A DNA stretch of 64,000 bases, from contig CALRKZ020000001.1 of NCBI GenBank assembly GCA_943368365.1, forward strand, positions 29,128 to 93,127. Reading direction: 5' to 3'. Below are positions 58,875-64,000 of this stretch, one piece after another (the stretch's first letter is position 1; each line of letters begins with the position of its first letter). The notes beneath the pieces are model-generated. The model was given only the letters and a program-made list of their open reading frames with translations. It was not told the origin of the DNA and did no database searches. A program made the translations under genes and the position numbers. Source of the stretch: Mesorhizobium carmichaelinearum (lineage in GTDB: Bacteria > Cyanobacteriota > Cyanobacteriia > PCC-6307 > Cyanobiaceae).

Positions 58875-59741
58875 TCAGGTCCAGCCGGCCAGCCAGCGGC
58901 GGCGCCAGTGGCCCCGGCCGCCCACCGGCGGCCGCCGACGGTAGAGATACCAGAGACGGTTGAGCTGAAAGGTTCGCCGGTTGGCGCGCTCCAGGGCCGG
59001 ATCGCTGCCGATCGTGGCGCTGCGCTCCGGGTTCAGCGCCGCCATCGCCCCATGGGCGAAGCCACCGTCGAGCCACGCCACCTCCGGGCAGCCCTGCAGC
59101 CGGTCGCGGTAGTCGAGGTCTTCGCAGTAGGCGGGATGGAAGCTGGCATCGAACAGGCCCAGCCGGTCCCAGGCCAGGGCGGTGATCAGGAAGGCGGAGA
59201 AGGCATCGCCCCCCGGCAGCAGGCTCAGGAACTGGGGCCGCTCAGGATCCAGCCGCTCCAGCGCCTGCGCCAGCACCCCCGGCGCCAGCACCACGTCGTT
59301 GCCCACGATCAGCGCCAGCGCCGCCTCCGGAAACCCCAGCAGGATCTGGTTCCAGGCCGCCGCCACCCCGCCGTTGCCGAAGGCCCGCGCCACCCGCACC
59401 CGCCCCACGCCCCGGCAGCCCTCCCGCTCCAGCCGCTCCAGCAGCCGCCGCAGCTCCAGGGCGTCGGCGTCGTGGCGGCCGCCGCTGTTGTCCACGATCG
59501 CCAGCGTGCCCACGGGCACATCCAGGCTGGCCAGCAGCCGCTCCAGCAGGTCGGGACGGTTCAGCACCGGCACCCCCACCAGCGGCAGCACCCCGGCCGG
59601 CGGCAGCGGCGGCGCCAGCCGCTCCAGGCCCTGCCACAGCAGCTCCAGCAGCACCTGATCGCCGCTCCGCTCCACCACCTCCGCCAGGCAGCGCAGCAGT
59701 TCCACCGGCAGCACCTCCTCGGGGCGGCCCCGCCGCGGCAT
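58875..59741 (-). CDS. Glycosyltransferase family 2-like protein
   Basis: LVGVPVLNRPDLLERLLASL...LAIVDNSG...FGNGGVAAAWNQ...ALIVGNDVV...AYCEDLDY. The start is uncertain: ATG at 59741, or possibly an upstream TTG near 59966. Confidence 0.55.
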   Translation of the reverse strand: MPRRGRPEEVLPVELLRCLAEVVERSGDQVLLELLWQGLERLAPPLPPAGVLPLVGVPVLNRPDLLERLLASLDVPVGTLAIVDNSGGRHDADALELRRLLERLEREGCRGVGRVRVARAFGNGGVAAAWNQILLGFPEAALALIVGNDVVLAPGVLAQALERLDPERPQFLSLLPGGDAFSAFLITALAWDRLGLFDASFHPAYCEDLDYRDRLQGCPEVAWLDGGFAHGAMAALNPERSATIGSDPALERANRRTFQLNRLWYLYRRRPPVGGRGHWRRRWLAGWT

Positions 59742-60026
59742 CGCCTTCAGGGCCTGGCCCAGCCACGCCAGGGCGGCCTGCCAGGCCCCCTGGCGATCGC
59801 CGAGCTCCAGCAGCAGATCGATGGCGGCGGCCCGTTCCGCCACCGCACGCCCCTCCCCGGCGCCGGACTCCAGGGCCCGCAGCTGCTCGCCGTAGCGCGC
59901 CCCCAGCTCCCGCCAGCTCCCCACCGCCGCCCGCAGGGCCGCGAGCTCCGGAGGCAGATCCAGGCCAGCGTCGTCCAACCCGTGCCGCCGGCGCCGAGAG
60001 TGGGCCCAGCCTAGGCAGCCCGTTCT

Positions 60027-61637
60027 GTGCCCTCCCCGGATCCGGCCAGCCTGATCGCCGCGCTCAGCCGCCCGCAGGCCTACCCCGAGACCGCCTGGGA
60101 GGGCGTGGCCCCCGCGGCGCGCCGGGTGGCGTGCATCCAGACCCACATCAGCGTGGTGTTCCTCACCGCCGGGCTGGCCCTCAAGTGGAAGAAGCCCCTG
60201 CAGCTCTGGGGCCTGCTCGACTACGGCAGCCCGGAGCGCCGCCTGCACTGGTGCCGCGAGGAGGTGCGGCTCAACCGGCGCCTGGCGCCCAATCTCTACC
60301 TGGGCATCGCCCCCCTGCTGCCCGATGGCGAGGGGGCCCTGCGGCTCGGGCCGCTGCACGCCGAATCCCCCGGCGCCGAGCACGTGGTGGTGATGCGCCG
60401 CTTCGCGGCCGAGCACACCCTGCGTGAGCGGCTGGCCCAGGGCGGCGTGGGCGCGGGCGAGCTGCGGGCGCTGGGGGAGCGGATCGGCCGCTTCCACCAC
60501 GCCCATCGGCTCGATCCGGCGGCGGCGGCCAAGGTGCTCCCCGATTTCACCGCCGTGCTGCGCAACAACGTGCGGGCCACCCGCACCTTCGTGCCCGCCC
60601 TCTTCCCGGCTCCGGTGCACCGGCTGCTGGAGCGGCAGCTGGCCATCGCCCTCTGGCAAAACCGGCAAGCCCTGCGGCGGCGGATCGCCGCCGGCCGCGG
60701 TGTCGACGGCCACGGTGATCTGCGGCTCGAGCACGTGCTGCTGGAGACACCGATTGCGATCGTGGATGCCGTGGAGTTCAACCCATCGCTGCGGCGGGTG
60801 GACGGCGCCTCCGACCTCGCCTTCCTGGTGATGGAGCTGCAGGCGACGGGGCACGGCCACCGCGTGGCGGAGCTGCTGGCGGGCTACGGCGAACCGATCG
60901 AGCCCGCCGTGCTGGCGCTCTTCGGCGCCTACCGCGCCCATGTGCGCGCCAAGGTGGGAGCCGTGACCGGCGCCGAAACGGTGATCCCGCCGGAGCAGCG
61001 GCGCAGCGCCCGGCGGGAGGCCCGTGCCCACCTCAGCCTGGCCCTGGCCTACGCCCGCGCGGGGCTGGCGGCGCCGCTGCTGATCCTGCTGCACGGGCCC
61101 TCCGGATCCGGCAAGAGCCACCTGGCCGCCCGCCTCGCCCCCTGGCTCCTGGCCGACCTGCACCGCAGCGACCTGATCCGCAAGCGGCTGCATGGCCTCG
61201 ATCCCCTCGCCCGGCCCGAAGGCTCCGAGCGGGAGCGCCTCTATGGCGAGGAGGCCCACCGGCGCACCGAGGCGGCCCTGCTGGCGGCGGCGCGCGCCAG
61301 CCTCGCCCTGGGCCGCAGCGTGCTGCTCGATGCCACCCACCTTCAGTCCGCCAGCCGCCGCCGCGCCTTCGAGCTGGCGGCAGAGGCCGGGGCCCGGCCG
61401 CTGCTGCTCGAGCTGCGCCTCGGCGAACAGCAGCTGCGGGCGCGGCTCGACGCCCGCGCCCGGCGGAACGACGATCCCAGCGATGCGGACCAGGCCGTGC
61501 TGGCGGAACAGCTGCGCCGGATCGAACCCCTCTCCCCGGCGGAACGCCGCCTCAGCGTGCCGCTCGGCGAGGACGACACCCTCGACCACGGCCGGGTGCT
61601 GATGGCGCTGTGGGAGCGGCTGGCCGCCCTGGCCTGA
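60027..61637 (+). CDS. Bifunctional phosphotransferase-like / P-loop ATPase protein (AAA_33-type C-terminus)
   Basis: The N-terminal part is kinase-like (IQTHISVVFLTAGLALKWKKP...GHGDLRLEHVLL). The C-terminal part has Walker A LLHGPSGSGKSHLA. Confidence 0.7.
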   Translation: MPSPDPASLIAALSRPQAYPETAWEGVAPAARRVACIQTHISVVFLTAGLALKWKKPLQLWGLLDYGSPERRLHWCREEVRLNRRLAPNLYLGIAPLLPDGEGALRLGPLHAESPGAEHVVVMRRFAAEHTLRERLAQGGVGAGELRALGERIGRFHHAHRLDPAAAAKVLPDFTAVLRNNVRATRTFVPALFPAPVHRLLERQLAIALWQNRQALRRRIAAGRGVDGHGDLRLEHVLLETPIAIVDAVEFNPSLRRVDGASDLAFLVMELQATGHGHRVAELLAGYGEPIEPAVLALFGAYRAHVRAKVGAVTGAETVIPPEQRRSARREARAHLSLALAYARAGLAAPLLILLHGPSGSGKSHLAARLAPWLLADLHRSDLIRKRLHGLDPLARPEGSERERLYGEEAHRRTEAALLAAARASLALGRSVLLDATHLQSASRRRAFELAAEAGARPLLLELRLGEQQLRARLDARARRNDDPSDADQAVLAEQLRRIEPLSPAERRLSVPLGEDDTLDHGRVLMALWERLAALA

Positions 61638-61639
61638 GC

Positions 61640-61930
61640 TCAGCCCACCAGCAGGGCATCGATCCGCCGGGCCAGCTCCAGGTCCAGATCGGAGAGGCCG
61701 CCGGTGTCATGGGTGGTGAGATCGATCACCACCCGGCTCCACACGTTCGACCACTCGGGGTGATGGCCGAGCGACTCCGCCACGAGCGCCACCCGCACCA
61801 TGAAGCCGAAGGCGGCGGAGAAGTCGGCGAAGGAGAGCTCACGGTGCAGCTTCCCCTCCACCAGCTGCCACTGGGGCAGCAGGGAGGGGAGATCGGCGAT
61901 CTCGGCGGCGCTGAGCGATCGGGCGGGCAT
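61640..61930 (-). CDS. phhB: 4a-hydroxytetrahydrobiopterin (pterin-4-alpha-carbinolamine) dehydratase
   Basis: WQLVEGKLHRELSFADFSAAFGFMVRVALVAESLGHHPEWSNVWSRVVIDLTTHD is the canonical PCD motif. Confidence 0.85.
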   Translation of the reverse strand: MPARSLSAAEIADLPSLLPQWQLVEGKLHRELSFADFSAAFGFMVRVALVAESLGHHPEWSNVWSRVVIDLTTHDTGGLSDLDLELARRIDALLVG

Positions 61931-61983
61931 GGGGGCAGGGAGCCGGAGAACTCCAGGATGGCAACGCGGGCCGGCCTGGGGCC

Positions 61984-62436
61984 TCAGGCTCCGACCAGAT
62001 GCAGGCACAGCTGGCGCCGGTGCCCCCGCGCCCGGTGCTCCCAGAGATACACCGCCTGCCAGGTGCCGAGCACCAGCCTGGCGGCGTCGAACGAGAGGGT
62101 GAGGCTGGTGGCGGTGAGGGCCGTGCGGATGTGGGCCGGCATGTCGTCGGGGCCCTCGTCGTCATGCAGCCAGGGCCGCAGGGGCCCGGCGCCGCTGAGC
62201 GGACGCACGCCGGCGGCGGGCACCAGGGCTCGCAGGAAGGCGGCCAGATCCTGGAGCACCCGCGGATCGGCGTTTTCGTTCACGGTGACGCTGCAGCTGG
62301 TGTGCAGCACGCTCAGGTGCAGCACCCCCTGGCGGAGCCCGCTCCGCTCCACCTCCTTCGCCAGCAGGCCGGTGATGTCGGTGAATCCCTCGCCGTCGGT
62401 CGCCACCTCAACCGTTCGCAGTGTCTGGCGGAGCAT
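61984..62436 (-). CDS. yjbQ: YjbQ/UPF0047 family (secondary thiamine-phosphate synthase) protein
   Basis: GVLHLSVLHTSCSVTVNENADPRVLQDL, DDMPAHIRTALT and LVLGTWQAVYLWEHR. Confidence 0.85.
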   Translation of the reverse strand: MLRQTLRTVEVATDGEGFTDITGLLAKEVERSGLRQGVLHLSVLHTSCSVTVNENADPRVLQDLAAFLRALVPAAGVRPLSGAGPLRPWLHDDEGPDDMPAHIRTALTATSLTLSFDAARLVLGTWQAVYLWEHRARGHRRQLCLHLVGA

Positions 62437-62530
62437 CCCTGTCGCGTCTGGTCGCACACCGGCGCCGCCGAACCGGCCCCGTCCCGATTCCGCAAACCTA
62501 GGCTCACGGCGTGCGTGCCGCACCCACCGA

Positions 62531-62800
62531 ATGCCCAGCGATCACCCACTCCGCCTGCGGCTCGCCGTGCTGATGCTCACGCTGCCGCTGGCCCTCGGCG
62601 GCCTGGGGTTGCCCTCCCCGGCCCAGGCCCAGCAGGTGATCCCCAAGATCGAGAGCATGTGCCCCCTGGGTTACGTGGATCTGTTCAACGGCTTCTGCAG
62701 CACGCTGGGTGAACCCAGTCCGAACCTCGCCCGCCGCGGCAGCGATGGCTGCCCCTCGGGATGGACGAACGTGGGCGGCGGCTACTGCCGCAGGAAGTGA
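62531..62800 (+). CDS. Small secreted Cys-repeat protein (89 aa)
   Basis: Signal peptide LRLAVLMLTLPLALGGLGLPSPAQA. The mature part has two similar units, CPLGYVDLFNGFC and CPSGWTNVGGGYC. Confidence 0.5.
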   Translation: MPSDHPLRLRLAVLMLTLPLALGGLGLPSPAQAQQVIPKIESMCPLGYVDLFNGFCSTLGEPSPNLARRGSDGCPSGWTNVGGGYCRRK

Positions 62801-62804
62801 GCCG

Positions 62805-63569
62805 ATGCCCGAACTCCTGGTGCTGCAGCACTTCGGCAGCGAAGGGTCGGGGCGCATCGGCGATCGGGCCCGGGATCGCGGCTGGAGCGTCACCACCCTG
62901 CGCCCCCCCGAGGGTGATCCCCTGCCGCCGCATGAGGCGGCGGATCAGATCCTGCTGGTGATGGGAGGCCCGATGGGCCTGGCGGATCGCCACCGGCCGG
63001 AGTTCGGCTGGATGCGGGAGGAGCTGGGCCTGATCAAGGCACGGCTGCGCCAGCGGGCCCCCGTGCTCGGGATCTGTCTCGGCGCCCAGCTGCTGGCCCA
63101 GGCCGCCGGGGGTGCCGTGGTGCCGCTGGAGGTGGGGGAGCCGCCCCGGCCGCTGCGGGAGGTGGGCTGGGGCGCCGTGACCTGGACGGCGGACGCCGGG
63201 GCCGAACCCGTGCTCGCCGGCCTGGAATCGAGCCAGCTGGTGCTGCACTGGCACGGGGATCGGATCCAGCTGCCGCCCGGGGCCACCCTGCTCGGCTCCA
63301 GCCTCCACTGCCCGGAGCAGTTCTTCCGCCTGGACCGCCACGCCTGGGGGCTCCAGTTCCACGTGGAGGTCACGCCCCCGATGGTGACGGAGTGGCTGCG
63401 CGGCGATGCCGACTACGTGATCGGGGCGCTCGGCCCCGACGGACCCCGGCGGATCGCCGCCGACACCGGGCGCTGGGGCGCACGGGCCGGCGCGGCGGGC
63501 GATCGCCTGATCGCGAACCTGCTCGATGCCCTCGCGGCAGCGCTGCCTCAGGGCAAGGGATCCTCGTAG
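62805..63569 (+). CDS. Type 1 glutamine amidotransferase-like protein
   Basis: LLVLQH N-terminus, nucleophile elbow PVLGICLGAQLLA, and the later WGLQFHVE His-Glu region. Confidence 0.8.
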   Translation: MPELLVLQHFGSEGSGRIGDRARDRGWSVTTLRPPEGDPLPPHEAADQILLVMGGPMGLADRHRPEFGWMREELGLIKARLRQRAPVLGICLGAQLLAQAAGGAVVPLEVGEPPRPLREVGWGAVTWTADAGAEPVLAGLESSQLVLHWHGDRIQLPPGATLLGSSLHCPEQFFRLDRHAWGLQFHVEVTPPMVTEWLRGDADYVIGALGPDGPRRIAADTGRWGARAGAAGDRLIANLLDALAAALPQGKGSS

Positions 63570-64000
63570 CGCACCAGCCCCAGGGCCAGGGCGATCGCCG
63601 CCGCCTGGGTGCGGTCACGGGCGTTCAGCTTGCGCCGCAGCGTCCGCATGTGGGAGCGCACCGTCTCCACCGAGAGATGCAGCCGCCGGGCGATCTCGCC
63701 GTTGGAGAACCCCCGCGCCGCCAGCGTCAGCACCTCCCGTTCGCGACGGGTGAGCTCCGGTGGTGCCGGAGCGGCCACCCCTCCCGCCTGGCGAAGCAGG
63801 CTGACGCCCGGCGGATCCAGGTAGAAGCCGCCCTGCAGAACGGCCTTGCCGGCCGCCACCAGCTCCTCCAGCTCCAGACGCCGCTCCAGGCAGACCCCGT
63901 CGCAACCGGCCTGCAGCGCGGCCCGCACCTGCGCGGGGGTGTCGTTGCGGAGCACCAGCAGCACGGGCAGGTGGGGATGGAGCCGCTTGGCCTCCCGCAC
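63548..64000 (-). CDS. LuxR/NarL-family response regulator (N-terminus outside the window)
   Basis: Receiver-domain end (PVLLVLRNDTPAQVRAALQAGCDGVCL) plus a LuxR HTH (LTRREREVLTLAARGFSNGEIARRLHLSVETVRSHMRTLRRKL). Confidence 0.85.
   Translation of the reverse strand: MREAKRLHPHLPVLLVLRNDTPAQVRAALQAGCDGVCLERRLELEELVAAGKAVLQGGFYLDPPGVSLLRQAGGVAAPAPPELTRREREVLTLAARGFSNGEIARRLHLSVETVRSHMRTLRRKLNARDRTQAAAIALALGLVRYEDPLP

Noticed and set aside
58226-60014. ORFs 58226..58852 (minus strand) and 58293..60014 (plus strand), made of Ala/Gly/Pro/Arg runs
   Set aside because: They are alternative frames of the TPR and GT2-like genes. Extreme low complexity and no start context.

Overview
GC-rich chromosome segment of picocyanobacterial type. 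The Synechococcus/Cyanobium-like assignment is an inference from hemE, plastocyanin, cytochrome c6, ClpB and overall composition. Conserved housekeeping genes sit at both ends: hemE, an SDR, petE, petJ and clpB at 1-6.6 kb, and a kinase-like ATPase, pterin dehydratase, a yjbQ-like gene, an amidotransferase and a LuxR-type regulator at 60-64 kb. Between them is a ~50 kb accessory cell-envelope region with seven parts. (i) 7.5-10.2 kb: TPR-GT9 and GT4 genes. (ii) 11.3-19.8 kb: a five-gene, overlap-coupled minus-strand operon (GT2-GT4 fusion, parvulin-like protein, cNMP/C39 ABC exporter, HlyD, small membrane protein). (iii) 19.9-30.3 kb: a plus-strand, mostly overlap-coupled glycan-modification operon (two paralogous unknown proteins, GT14, sulfotransferase-like, methyltransferase, TPR-GT2, GT4). 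(iv) 29.9-42.4 kb: a visibly AT-richer block with a sulfotransferase-like gene, two GT25 genes, a GT61-like gene, a P-loop protein and a DUF1800/DUF1501 pair. This block also holds IS debris: IS256 and IS21 fragments, one IS5-family element with inverted repeats and CTAG flanks, and one solo IS5 end. (v) 42.5-48.7 kb: TPR-GT32 and rfbA-D-B-C. (vi) 48.6-55.7 kb: a tandemly duplicated segment carrying four Hint_2/bacterial-intein-like genes (two intact, two decayed) plus toxin-antitoxin debris. (vii) 55.5-60 kb: a hypothetical gene, small membrane proteins, an MNT-HEPN pair, and TPR and GT2-like genes. No rRNA, tRNA or CRISPR array was recognised. The best candidate for something undescribed is the Hint-domain array. 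There, paralog similarity switches on just upstream of the autoprocessing Cys codon, and the upstream cargo modules are divergent and AT-rich. The second candidate is the glycosyltransferase-coupled cNMP/C39 ABC-HlyD export operon, which has no visible substrate gene. All family calls are by-eye motif recognition and need HMM or structure confirmation.
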